NCBI GenBank assembly: GCA_965278965.1
Contig: OZ257127.1
Span: 2,036,911-2,100,910 of the forward strand
Direction: 5' to 3'
DNA: 64,000 nt
DNA from: Actinomycetes bacterium
GTDB lineage: Bacteria > Actinomycetota > Actinomycetes > S36-B12
Both the position numbers and the translations under genes were made by a program. The notes beneath the pieces are model-generated. The model saw only the letters and a program-made list of their open reading frames with translations, ran no database searches and was not told where the DNA came from. The stretch's first letter is position 1. Each line of letters begins with the position of its first letter. Positions 1 through 8,287 of the stretch are shown here, piece after piece.

Positions 1-173
1 TCGACCTCGACCCGGCTGGAGACCTCGTAGTCGAAGCTGCTGAGCGTGAGTCCTGACTCGGTGGCCGTCAGCACCAGGCAGGCGAGCACCGGCAGCGGGG
101 GACGTGAGGGCAGCGTCCGAGCGGCCCAGGCGACGGCATCGGCCAAGGTGTCGCGTTCGACCCGGATCTTCAC
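1..173 (-). CDS. dnaN: DNA polymerase III beta sliding clamp, 5' end only (gene runs off the left edge)
   Basis: Hand translation of the reverse complement from GTG (173-171) gives VKIRVERDTLADAVAWAARTLPSRPPLPVLACLVLTATESGLTLSSFDYEVSSRVEV, a typical beta-clamp N-terminus. GGAGG (complement of 179-183) lies 5 nt upstream. The gene sits directly downstream of dnaA/oriC. Confidence 0.8.
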   Translation of the reverse strand, partial: MKIRVERDTLADAVAWAARTLPSRPPLPVLACLVLTATESGLTLSSFDYEVSSRVEV

Positions 174-689
174 GTCGTCCTCCCACGCCCTCGTCGCCCC
201 GGTCGGGCGCAGCCCGCGAGGGGCGACAGTCTGGCACTAGTCGCAAGGTGCGTGCGCGGTCACCCTGCGGTTCGTCCCCAGGGCGTTCACCCGATTGTGG
301 TTCGTTGATCCAGCCATCAGATAGGTAGTCATCGTCATAGGTCCTGTGGATGCGGTGGACAACTGCCATCTGCCCCGGTCAGCAGGCGTGGCGGGCTGTG
401 GGTTCGGGTGGGGACGAGGAGTGTCGGCGCCGTGTGATTCGGTGGGCGCTGGCGTACCCGTCGCGCAGATGACGCTGGTCGTGGACAGGTTGTCCGCAGG
501 CTCGCGTGACAGCCACGCTCGGGTCCGCCGAGTTGTCCACAAGGAGTCCACACATGGGGACGCCGAGACCGACATCAAGGAGTCGCCGGGAGCCGACGAA
601 GTTGTCCACAGGTTGGGGACGGGCTGGGGACAGGGGAATCGGAAGGGCCCGGTGGTGCGCATGTGATGACAGTCGCGATCGGTTGGACC
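174..689. other. oriC: Chromosomal replication origin (oriC) in the dnaA-dnaN intergenic region, with a DnaA-box cluster
   Basis: Perfect TTGTCCACA at 533-541 and 602-610. Near matches: TTGTCCGCA 490-498 and GAGTCCACA 544-552. On the other strand: TTGTCCACC (354-362), GCATCCACA (345-353) and CTGTCCACG (480-488). A comparatively AT-rich stretch at about 300-345 is a possible unwinding element. The dnaA-dnaN spacer is the canonical actinobacterial oriC position. Confidence 0.8.
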
Positions 690-2111
690 TCAGCGGCTCG
701 GTGGTGCGGACTTCAGCAGGCTGGTCAGGTCAGTGACCTGGTTGTAGAGGTTGCGCCGCTCGCCCATGAGCTGGCGGATCTTCCGGTCGGCGTGCATGAC
801 GGTCGTGTGGTCCCGGCCGCCGAACGCTTGGCCGATCTTCGGCAGCGAGAGGTCGGTGAGCTCGCGGCACAGGTACATGGCGATCTGACGGGCGGTGACC
901 AGGACGCGGGAGCGACTCGATCCGCACAGGTCGTCGACGGTGACGCCGAAGTACTGGGCGGTCGCGGTCATGATCTGGCCGGCCGTCAGCTCAGGCCCGG
1001 TATCGGACGGGATGAGGTCCTTCAGGACGATCTCGGTGATGGCGAGGTCGACCGGCTGGCGGTTGAGCGAGGCGAACGCGGTGACGCGGATCAGCGCCCC
1101 CTCCAGCTCGCGGACGCTCGTGGAGATCTTCGACGCGATGTACTCCAGTACCTCCGGCGGTGCTGTGAGCCGTTCCTGTGCCGACTTCTTCCGCAGGATG
1201 GCGATGCGGGTCTCGAGGTCGGGCGGCTGGATGTCGACCAGGAGGCCCCACTCGAACCGGGACTGCATCCGCACCTCGAACTGAGGTAGCTGCTTCGGCG
1301 GCAGGTCGGAGGTGACGACGATCTGCTTGTCGGCGTTGTGCAGCGTGTTGAACGTGTGGAAAAACTCTTCCTGCGTCTGGAGTTTTCCGCTGAGGAACTG
1401 GATGTCGTCGACGAGGAGGATGTCGACCTCGCGGTACTGCCGCTGGAAGCTGGCGGCCCGGTCGTCACGGATCGAGTTGATGAACTCGTTGGTGAACTCC
1501 TCCGAGCTGACGTACCGCACGTGGACGCCCGGGTAGAGCGTCTGGGCGTAGTGACCGATCGCGTGCAGCAGGTGCGTCTTACCGAGACCGGACTCGCCGT
1601 AGATGAAGAGCGGGTTGTACGCACGGGCCGGTTGCTCCGCGACAGCGACGGCCGCCGCGTGCGCGAACCGGTTGCTCGACCCGATGACGAAGGTCTCGAA
1701 CGTGTACTTGTCGTTGAGGCGGTTGCTCACGCCCCGCTTGGCGACCGTCGGCGGCCCGCCCGAGAACGGGGTGGGTGCGGAGTCGAGGCGGCCGGGGGGA
1801 GCGGCGCCGACCTCGGTGCCGAGGTCGTCGGGATCCTCGACCTGGTCGATGGAGGAGTCGACCGTCACGGCCAGCCGGACGTCGCGACCGAGGGCCGCGG
1901 ACAGGGCGTCGACGATCTTGGCCCGAAGGCTGCCCTCAAGCAGGCTCTTGGTGAAGTCGTCGGGAGCGGCCAGCAGGACGGTGTCGTCCAGGAGGCCGAT
2001 CGGACGGGTCCGCTGCACGAAGGCCCGTTGTCCGGGCGGGAGGACATCGGCGGAGAACAGGGCGGCGATGGCACCGTCCCACGCCTCGGTGACGTCCGGG
2101 CTGCCGTCCAC
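690..2111 (-). CDS. dnaA: Chromosomal replication initiator protein DnaA
   Basis: The ORF 690..2150(-) contains Walker [16 protein letters not shown] and the C-terminal DNA-binding signature [37 protein letters not shown] prefer the internal GTG at 2111 because GGAGG lies 4 nt upstream and both DnaA boxes at 2131-2151 then fall outside the CDS. 2150 is the longest-ORF alternative. Confidence 0.93.
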   Translation of the reverse strand: MDGSPDVTEAWDGAIAALFSADVLPPGQRAFVQRTRPIGLLDDTVLLAAPDDFTKSLLEGSLRAKIVDALSAALGRDVRLAVTVDSSIDQVEDPDDLGTEVGAAPPGRLDSAPTPFSGGPPTVAKRGVSNRLNDKYTFETFVIGSSNRFAHAAAVAVAEQPARAYNPLFIYGESGLGKTHLLHAIGHYAQTLYPGVHVRYVSSEEFTNEFINSIRDDRAASFQRQYREVDILLVDDIQFLSGKLQTQEEFFHTFNTLHNADKQIVVTSDLPPKQLPQFEVRMQSRFEWGLLVDIQPPDLETRIAILRKKSAQERLTAPPEVLEYIASKISTSVRELEGALIRVTAFASLNRQPVDLAITEIVLKDLIPSDTGPELTAGQIMTATAQYFGVTVDDLCGSSRSRVLVTARQIAMYLCRELTDLSLPKIGQAFGGRDHTTVMHADRKIRQLMGERRNLYNQVTDLTSLLKSAPPSR

Positions 2112-2130
2112 GTCGCCTCCGCTGCTCGAT

Positions 2131-2151
2131 TTGTCCACACCGCTGTCCACA
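2131..2151. promoter_or_regulatory. Two DnaA boxes just upstream of the preferred dnaA start (probable autoregulation site)
   Basis: TTGTCCACA at 2131-2139 and CTGTCCACA at 2143-2151 on the plus strand, 3 nt apart. Confidence 0.6.
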
Positions 2152-2309
2152 GGCTGGAGGCGGCTCGGCGACCATAGTCACGCCGCGCCGGTGGTCACAA
2201 GTGTCGCGCGAGGACCGGTGGGTTTGACCCTGCGCGCGGCTGTTACGTACTCTGGGGCGCCCGGTGGACGCCGGCGCCGACTTCCCTCGCACGTGCCAGG
2301 AGCCCCACG

Positions 2310-2444
2310 ATGAAGCGCACTTTCCAGCCGAACACCCGCCGGCGGGCCAAGACCCATGGTTTCCGGCTTCGGATGCGCACGCGTGCCGGCCGTTCGATCC
2401 TCGCCGCTCGCCGGGCCAAGGGCCGCGAGCGCCTGTCCGCCTGA
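2310..2444 (+). CDS. rpmH: 50S ribosomal protein L34
   Basis: Hand translation gives [44 protein letters not shown] (44 aa). It is too short for the ORF track. It is divergent from dnaA and followed by rnpA. Confidence 0.95.
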   Translation: MKRTFQPNTRRRAKTHGFRLRMRTRAGRSILAARRAKGRERLSA

Positions 2445-2450
2445 GGCGGC

Positions 2451-2825
2451 ATGCTCCCCGCCGCGAACCGACTACGGCACGCGGCTGACTTCACGGACAC
2501 CACCCGTCGCGGCGCCCGAGCCAGCCGCGGGTCGGTGACGGCCGTCGTCGCACTCCCCTCCACCTCCGCTGACTCTGCGGAGTCTGCCCGGCCCCCTCGC
2601 GTCGGCCTCGTGGTCGGCAAGCGGGTCGGCGGATCCGTGGCCCGTCATCGTGTCGCGCGCAGGCTGCGGTCCGCGGTCCGTACGGTGCTCGCCGACCTTC
2701 CCCCGGGTTGCACGGTTGTCCTTCGGGCTTCGCCCGGGGCCGCGACCGAGCAGGCCCTGCCCCAGCACACCCGTGACGCGGTGGTGGCGGCGGCCGGCAA
2801 GGCCGCGGCGCGGGCCACGCGATGA
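2451..2825 (+). CDS. rnpA: Ribonuclease P protein component
   Basis: 124-aa basic protein ([13 protein letters not shown]..., [23 protein letters not shown]) directly after rpmH. Confidence 0.85.
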   Translation: MLPAANRLRHAADFTDTTRRGARASRGSVTAVVALPSTSADSAESARPPRVGLVVGKRVGGSVARHRVARRLRSAVRTVLADLPPGCTVVLRASPGAATEQALPQHTRDAVVAAAGKAAARATR

Positions 2826-3187
2826 CCGCGGCATCGACGGTGGGAGCACGCATCACCTGGCTCTGGCAGCACTCGCTGGGCTGGCTGCTGACATGGGCGC
2901 TCGTGCTGCCGATCCGCGCATACCAGCGCTGGATCTCGCCGTTGACGCCCCCGAGCTGCCGTCTTCACCCCAGTTGCTCGGCCTATGCCGTCGAGGCGAT
3001 CCACCGCCATGGCCCCCTGAAGGGGTTCGTCCTGGCCTGCTGGCGGATCGTGCGATGCAACCCGTGGAACCACGGCGGGCTGGACCCGGTACCGGCCCGC
3101 GGACGCTGGGTTCCGGACGTGCTGCCGGATGGGACACCTCGGCATGGAACGATGAGTCCTCGCGGTCGCGCGGGCACACCCGGCTAG
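2822..3187 (+). CDS. yidD: Membrane protein insertion efficiency factor YidD
   Basis: [52 protein letters not shown] motif. ATGA overlap with the rnpA stop. Lies upstream of yidC. Confidence 0.85.
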   Translation: MTAASTVGARITWLWQHSLGWLLTWALVLPIRAYQRWISPLTPPSCRLHPSCSAYAVEAIHRHGPLKGFVLACWRIVRCNPWNHGGLDPVPARGRWVPDVLPDGTPRHGTMSPRGRAGTPG

Positions 3188-3202
3188 GAAGGCACGGCGA
3201 GC

Positions 3203-4180
3203 ATGTTCATCCTTGACTGGCTGAAGGACGGCGTCAGCTGGATCCTCGTCATGTTCCACCAGCTGCTGTCCGCGATCGGGATGGATCCCGACAGCGGCTG
3301 GACGTGGACGTTCTCGATCGTCGGCCTCGTCGTCGTCATCCGGATCCTGCTGATCCCCTTGTTCGTCAAGCAGATCAAGGCTCAGCGCGGCATGCAGTTG
3401 ATCCAGCCGCAGATGAAGGAGATTCAGAAGAAGTACGCCGGCGACAAGGAACGCCAGTCGCAGGAGATGATGAAGCTGTACCGGGAGACCGGTACGAACC
3501 CGCTCTCGTCGTGCCTGCCGATCATCTTGCAGGCGCCCATCTTCTTCGCCCTGTTCGGTGTTCTCCAGAGCATCGCGATGTACAACCCCGACGACCCGAC
3601 GTACACCGCACAGGGTGTCTTCCGTTGGGACCAGTACAACGAGCTGCTCACCAGCGCGCACGACGCATCCATCTTCGGAGTGCCGTTGTACGCGACCTTC
3701 ATGCACGCCAATGAGGTTGCTGCCAACGGCTTCAACCCGATCAACACGCGCATCCTCGCGCTGGTGATGATCGTGCTGATGACCGCCACGACGTTCATCA
3801 CGCAGCGCCAGCTGATCGTCAAGAACAGCGCGCCGGACAACCCGATGGTCCGCCAGCAGAAGATCCTGCTCTACGTCTTCCCGCTGATCTTCGCGATCTC
3901 GGGCATCAACTTCCCGATCGGTGTCCTGATCTACTGGTTCACCACGAACCTGTGGTCGATGGGCCAGCAGTTCTGGGTGATCCGCAACAACCCCCAGCCC
4001 GGAACGCCCGCCTTCGAGGCGCGGGAGGCACGCAGGGCGGCAAAGGTGGCCGCCAAATCCGCCGGCTCGCCTCCGGCCATCGAGTCCATCCCGTCCGAAG
4101 ATCCCGACGCATCGTCGGAAAACCCGACGGGTCGGCAGCAGCCGAAGCGCCAGTCCCGCAGTCAGCGCAAGAAGAAGTAG
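3203..4180 (+). CDS. yidC: Membrane protein insertase YidC
   Basis: 325-aa polytopic protein with KQIKAQRGMQLIQPQMKEIQKKY and NPLSSCLPIILQAPIFFALF motifs, and a basic C-terminal tail. Confidence 0.92.
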   Translation: MFILDWLKDGVSWILVMFHQLLSAIGMDPDSGWTWTFSIVGLVVVIRILLIPLFVKQIKAQRGMQLIQPQMKEIQKKYAGDKERQSQEMMKLYRETGTNPLSSCLPIILQAPIFFALFGVLQSIAMYNPDDPTYTAQGVFRWDQYNELLTSAHDASIFGVPLYATFMHANEVAANGFNPINTRILALVMIVLMTATTFITQRQLIVKNSAPDNPMVRQQKILLYVFPLIFAISGINFPIGVLIYWFTTNLWSMGQQFWVIRNNPQPGTPAFEAREARRAAKVAAKSAGSPPAIESIPSEDPDASSENPTGRQQPKRQSRSQRKKK

Positions 4181-4224
4181 TCGCGGCCCGTCCGCGCTCG
4201 AAGCCCTTGGAAACCGGAGTCCCC

Positions 4225-4716
4225 ATGACCGATGATGCCGCCGCCCCTCGTGAGAACCTGCTCGTGAAAGAGGGCGAGCTCGCTGCCGACTACCTCGAAG
4301 TCCTCCTGGACATCGCCGACCTTGACGGTCACATCGACATGGACGAGGACGGCAAGCGTGCCCTGGTCTCCGTCGTGGAGATCAACCCCGGCGAGCTGAC
4401 CCACCTCGTGGGCCCCGACGGCGAGGTGCTCGACGCTCTGCAGGAGCTGACCCGGCTCGCCGTGACCCGGGAGACCGGCGAGCGGTCCCGGCTGATGCTG
4501 GACATCGCCGGGTTCCGCGCGGCCCGTCGGGCGCAGATCGAGCAGTTGACGACGGACGCGGTCGCCGAAGCGCAGCGGACCGGTGCGCCGGTGCGACTGG
4601 ACCCGATGCCGGCCTTCGAGCGCAAGATCGCCCACGACGTCGTCGCTCGCGCAGGCCTGGCGAGCGAGTCCGAGGGTGAGGACCCGGCCCGGTACGTCGT
4701 CATCCGGTCGGCCTGA
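4225..4716 (+). CDS. jag: Jag/KhpB-type RNA-binding protein (KH plus R3H domains)
   Basis: Starts at the ATG 4225 within ORF 3952..4716. Acidic protein ending in FERKIAHDVVARAGLASESEGEDPARYVVI (R3H-like). Conserved position between yidC and rsmG. Confidence 0.8.
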   Translation: MTDDAAAPRENLLVKEGELAADYLEVLLDIADLDGHIDMDEDGKRALVSVVEINPGELTHLVGPDGEVLDALQELTRLAVTRETGERSRLMLDIAGFRAARRAQIEQLTTDAVAEAQRTGAPVRLDPMPAFERKIAHDVVARAGLASESEGEDPARYVVIRSA

Positions 4717-4729
4717 CTCCGCGCACGGG

Positions 4730-5398
4730 ATGGTTTCCCGTGAAACGGACCCGCCCGACGTAGGCGGTCCCGCCCTCCCGGAGTGGCTGGAGCCGCACCG
4801 GAGCGTCCTGACGCTGTACGTCCACCTTCTGGCGACCGACGCGGTCCAACGCGGCCTGATCGGGCCGCGCGAGGTACCCCGCCTATGGGACCGCCACGTC
4901 CTGAACTGCGCGGTCGTCGCCGACCCCGTCGCGGGCCTGGTCCCGCCGGGGGCCCGCTGCGCCGACGTCGGCTCCGGGGCCGGACTGCCGGGGCTGGTCT
5001 GGGCGTGCGTCCGGCCGGACCTTCAGGTGGTGCTGATCGAGCCGCTGCTGCGCCGAAGCACGTTCTTGTCCGAGGCGATCGACGTGCTGGGCCTGGGAGA
5101 GCACGCGTCGGTGGTGCGGGTCCGAGCGGAGGACCTGCCGCCGGCGGATGCGGGGTTCGATGTCGTGACTGCGCGGGCCGTCGCGCCGCTGTCCCGGCTC
5201 ATCGGCTGGACCGTTCCCCTCCTTCGGGACGGAGGGCGCCTGGTCGCCCTGAAGGGCCGTTCGGCGGGCGAGGAGATCACGCAGGCGCACGCCGAGATCG
5301 CTGCGAACGGACTGCGTGACGTGCGTGTGGTCGAGGCCGGAGCGGGTGTGATGGAACCTCCGGCCGTCCTCATCGTCGGGGAGCGGGGTACGGCATGA
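4730..5398 (+). CDS. rsmG: 16S rRNA (guanine527-N7)-methyltransferase RsmG (GidB)
   Basis: SAM motif DVGSGAGLPGLVWA and RGLIGPREVPRLWDRHVLN. The internal ATG at 4730 of ORF 4583..5398 was chosen because the upstream part overlaps jag. Confidence 0.88.
   Translation: MVSRETDPPDVGGPALPEWLEPHRSVLTLYVHLLATDAVQRGLIGPREVPRLWDRHVLNCAVVADPVAGLVPPGARCADVGSGAGLPGLVWACVRPDLQVVLIEPLLRRSTFLSEAIDVLGLGEHASVVRVRAEDLPPADAGFDVVTARAVAPLSRLIGWTVPLLRDGGRLVALKGRSAGEEITQAHAEIAANGLRDVRVVEAGAGVMEPPAVLIVGERGTA
4732..4747. other. parS: parS-like centromere site
   Basis: GGTTTCCCGTGAAACG matches 13/16 of the consensus TGTTTCACGTGAAACA. It overlaps the first codons of rsmG. Confidence 0.55.
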
Positions 5399-5447
5399 TG
5401 GCCGCCGTGAGGAACCGGGGGACCAGCATCGACCGGCGTCGGGCCGA

Positions 5448-5463
5448 TGTTTCACGGGAAACC
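5448..5463. other. parS: parS-like centromere site
   Basis: TGTTTCACGGGAAACC matches 14/16 of the consensus TGTTTCACGTGAAACA. It lies in the rsmG-parA spacer. Confidence 0.7.
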
Positions 5464-5504
5464 CGTCGCCCGCCACGCAACGACCAGTCGGTCGGTCCGA
5501 CCCG

Positions 5505-6287
5505 ATGACCCGTGTGATCACGGTCGCCAACCAGAAGGGTGGCGTCGGGAAGACGACCAGCACGGTGAACATCGCCGCGGCCGCGGCTCAAGCTGGCCAA
5601 CGCGTGCTGGTGATCGATCTCGATCCCCAAGGCAACGCGTCCACGGCGCTGGGAGCAGACCACCGGGAGGGCACGCCGAGCGTCTACGAGGTCCTTGGCG
5701 GCGAACGAACGCTCGCGCAGGTGATCCAGGCCTGCCCCGACGTTGCCAACCTGTGGACCGTGCCGGCAACCATTGACCTGGCCGGCGCCGAGATCGAACT
5801 GGTCGCCCAGGTGGCCCGCGAGTACCGACTGGCTCGCGCAGTGGAAGCGCTGCTCGCCGAGCGTGAGTTCGACCTCGTGTTCTTGGACTGTCCTCCGAGC
5901 CTGGGTCTGCTGACCCTCAACGGCCTTGTGGCCGCTCGCGAGGTGCTCCTGCCGATCCAGTGCGAGTACTACGCCCTCGAAGGGCTCTCCCAGCTCCTGC
6001 GCACGATCGACATGGTCCGCACGCACCTGAACCCCGGCCTGCGCGTCGGCGCCATCTTGCTGACGATGTACGACGGAAGGACCCGACTGGCCTCCCAGGT
6101 CGCCCAGGAGGTCCGGACGCACTTCGGTGCCCAGGTGCTGGACACCGTGATTCCCCGATCCGTCCGCGTGTCCGAGGCGCCGTCCTACGGCCAGACTGTG
6201 GTCACGTACGACCCGACGTCACCCGGGGCGATCGCCTACCGCGAAGCGGCGGCACAGGTTGTTGCGCTCGATCATTCATCCACATAG
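5505..6287 (+). CDS. parA: Chromosome partitioning ATPase ParA (Soj)
   Basis: Deviant Walker A NQKGGVGKTT, plus VLVIDLDPQGNAS. Confidence 0.93.
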   Translation: MTRVITVANQKGGVGKTTSTVNIAAAAAQAGQRVLVIDLDPQGNASTALGADHREGTPSVYEVLGGERTLAQVIQACPDVANLWTVPATIDLAGAEIELVAQVAREYRLARAVEALLAEREFDLVFLDCPPSLGLLTLNGLVAAREVLLPIQCEYYALEGLSQLLRTIDMVRTHLNPGLRVGAILLTMYDGRTRLASQVAQEVRTHFGAQVLDTVIPRSVRVSEAPSYGQTVVTYDPTSPGAIAYREAAAQVVALDHSST

Positions 6288-6336
6288 ATATCCACAGACA
6301 TTTACCGACAAAACCTGACAAATCTCGACAGTTGTC
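6276..6336. repeat. AT-rich parA-parB spacer: two DnaA-box-like 9-mers followed by four tandem 10-bp GACA units
   Basis: TCATCCACA at 6276-6284 and ATATCCACA at 6288-6296. Then GACATTTACC, GACAAAACCT, GACAAATCTC and GACAGTTGTC at 6297-6336, with GACA at an exact 10-bp period. 28/61 G+C over 6288-6348 by hand count. Confidence 0.6.
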
Positions 6337-6351
6337 CCCCGAAGGAGAGTG

Positions 6352-7266
6352 ATGGCCGCAGGAGCGCCGCGGGGCTTGGGGAAGGGCCTCGGTGCCCTGA
6401 TCCCCGGCCCGAGTCCGGACGCGACGCCGGAGGTCGGCCAGCCCGCCGACGCGGTCTACGCCGAGCTGCCGGTCGAGGACATCCGGCCGAACCCGCGCCA
6501 GCCGCGGACCGTCTTCGACGAAGAGGCCCTCGCGGAGCTCGTCCACTCGATCCGCGAGATCGGCCTCCTGCAGCCCGTCGTCGTCCGCCGGGTCGAGGAT
6601 GGCTACGAGCTCGTCGCCGGCGAGCGGCGGCTGCGAGCCAGCCGCGAGGCCGGGCTCACGCGGATCCCGGCAATCATCCGCCAGACCGACGACGACGACC
6701 TCCTGCGCGATGCGCTGCTGGAGAACCTCCACCGGGCCGACCTCAACCCGCTCGAAGAAGCGGCGGCGTACCAGCAGCTGCTGTCCGACTTCGGCTGCAC
6801 GCAGGACGAGCTCGCCCGGCGCATCGGCCGGTCGCGACCTCAGGTGACCAACACGCTGCGGCTGCTGCGCCTGCCGCCGGACGTCCAGCGCCGGGTCGCG
6901 GCGGGCGTGCTGTCGGCCGGGCACGCTCGAGCGCTGCTGTCCCTGGACGACACCGCCGACATGGAGGCGCTGGCCGGCCGGATCGTCTCGGAAGGACTGA
7001 GCGTGCGGTCGGTCGAGGAGATCATCCTCGTCGGCGAGGCCGACGGTCGGGCCCGCTCGCGGACGCCCCGCTCTCGCCGTCCGGCCGGGACCGACGCGGT
7101 CGTGGAGGAGGTCGTGTCCGATCTCGTCGCGCGTGCCGCGGACACGATCGACACACGGGTCCAGGCGAGCGGCTTCGGCACGGCCTCCGCCCGCGGCCGA
7201 CTGGTCATCGAGTGCGCCGACCTGGACGACCTCCGACGCGTCGTCGAACTCATCGCCGGACGCTGA
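6352..7266 (+). CDS. parB: Chromosome partitioning protein ParB (Spo0J)
   Basis: ParB box GLLQPVVVRR and GERRLRASREAGL, plus an HTH segment. GGAG lies 4 nt upstream of ATG 6352 (GTG 6349 is the alternative). Confidence 0.93.
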   Translation: MAAGAPRGLGKGLGALIPGPSPDATPEVGQPADAVYAELPVEDIRPNPRQPRTVFDEEALAELVHSIREIGLLQPVVVRRVEDGYELVAGERRLRASREAGLTRIPAIIRQTDDDDLLRDALLENLHRADLNPLEEAAAYQQLLSDFGCTQDELARRIGRSRPQVTNTLRLLRLPPDVQRRVAAGVLSAGHARALLSLDDTADMEALAGRIVSEGLSVRSVEEIILVGEADGRARSRTPRSRRPAGTDAVVEEVVSDLVARAADTIDTRVQASGFGTASARGRLVIECADLDDLRRVVELIAGR

Positions 7267-7295
7267 CGCGTCGAAAACCGTTGCCCACCTTGATG

Positions 7296-7330
7296 TTTCG
7301 GACGGTGTAGGCGCACCGGAACGTCCGAAA
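7296..7330. terminator. Bidirectional hairpin between convergent parB and the ddl-like gene
   Basis: TTTCGGACG (7296-7304) pairs with CGTCCGAAA (7322-7330), a 9-bp stem with a 17-nt loop. Confidence 0.45.
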
Positions 7331-7332
7331 TC

Positions 7333-8280
7333 TCACGATCGACGGGCTACCGCGGCCTCGACGAGCCCGGCCGCGACCTCGCCGGGGGACAGCTCCGCGG
7401 CCGCCAGCGCCTGCGGGAACAGCGAGGTCTCCGTCATGCCCGGGGCGACGTTGACCTCCAGGAACCAGGCCACGCCGTCCGCGTCGACGATGAGGTCCGT
7501 GCGCGACAGGTCGCGCAGCCCGAGGAGGGCATGGACATCCAGCGCTGTCGCCTGTGCCGCGAGGGCGTCCTCGTCCGACAGCCGTGCCGGGCAGAAGAAC
7601 TCGGTCGTGCCGGCGGTGTAGCGGGCCGCGTAGTCGTAGAGCTCGCCCTCGGGCACGATCTCGACCGCGGAGAGGGCCAGCAGCTCACCGTCGGACTCGA
7701 AGACCCCGACGGACACCTCGGTCCCGGTGACGAGCTGCTCCATCAGCACGACGTCGCCGTAGGCGAACGCCCCGACCATGGCGGCCGGGAGATCGGCCCC
7801 CTCGTGCACGATCGACGTCCCCAGAGCCGAGCCGCCGCGCGTCGGCTTGACGACCAGGGGAAGGCCCAGGCGCGACACCACGGCGTCCAGGACGGCCCGG
7901 GCGCCGAGCTCCCGGAACGTCGACTGGGGCATCGCCATCGCCTCGGGGGTGCGGATGCCGGCGGTCGCGGCCAGCTGCTTGGCGACCGGCTTCTCGAAGG
8001 CCAGTCGGCTCGCGGCCGCCGTCGAGCCCACGAACGGGATGCCGAGCGCGGCGATCAGGTCACGCAGGGCCCCGTCCTCGCCGGCTGCCCCGTGCAGGAG
8101 GGGCACGATGCAGTCGGGGCGGTGGTCACGCAGGCGGTCCAGGAGCAAGGCGTCGACGTCGTGCTCGGTCACCTCCCAGTCCGGCCGGGCCGAGCGCAAC
8201 GCCTCAGCGACGCGACGCCCCGATCGCAGGGAGACGTCGCGCTCGGCGGACAGGCCGCCGGCCAGGACCAGGACGTGCAT
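7333..8280 (-). CDS. D-alanine--D-alanine ligase family protein (ATP-grasp)
   Basis: LHGAAGEDGALRDLIAALGIPFVGS, PLVVKPTRGGSALG and WFLEVNVAPGMTETS motifs typical of Ddl. 315 aa. Confidence 0.8.
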   Translation of the reverse strand: MHVLVLAGGLSAERDVSLRSGRRVAEALRSARPDWEVTEHDVDALLLDRLRDHRPDCIVPLLHGAAGEDGALRDLIAALGIPFVGSTAAASRLAFEKPVAKQLAATAGIRTPEAMAMPQSTFRELGARAVLDAVVSRLGLPLVVKPTRGGSALGTSIVHEGADLPAAMVGAFAYGDVVLMEQLVTGTEVSVGVFESDGELLALSAVEIVPEGELYDYAARYTAGTTEFFCPARLSDEDALAAQATALDVHALLGLRDLSRTDLIVDADGVAWFLEVNVAPGMTETSLFPQALAAAELSPGEVAAGLVEAAVARRS

Positions 8281-8287
8281 GGATCCC

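Noticed and set aside
2224-2253. Sigma-A-like promoter for rpmH (TTGACC-N18-TACTCT)
   Set aside because: The hexamers are plausible, but promoter prediction by eye in high-GC DNA is unreliable. It is left out of the feature list for lack of independent support.
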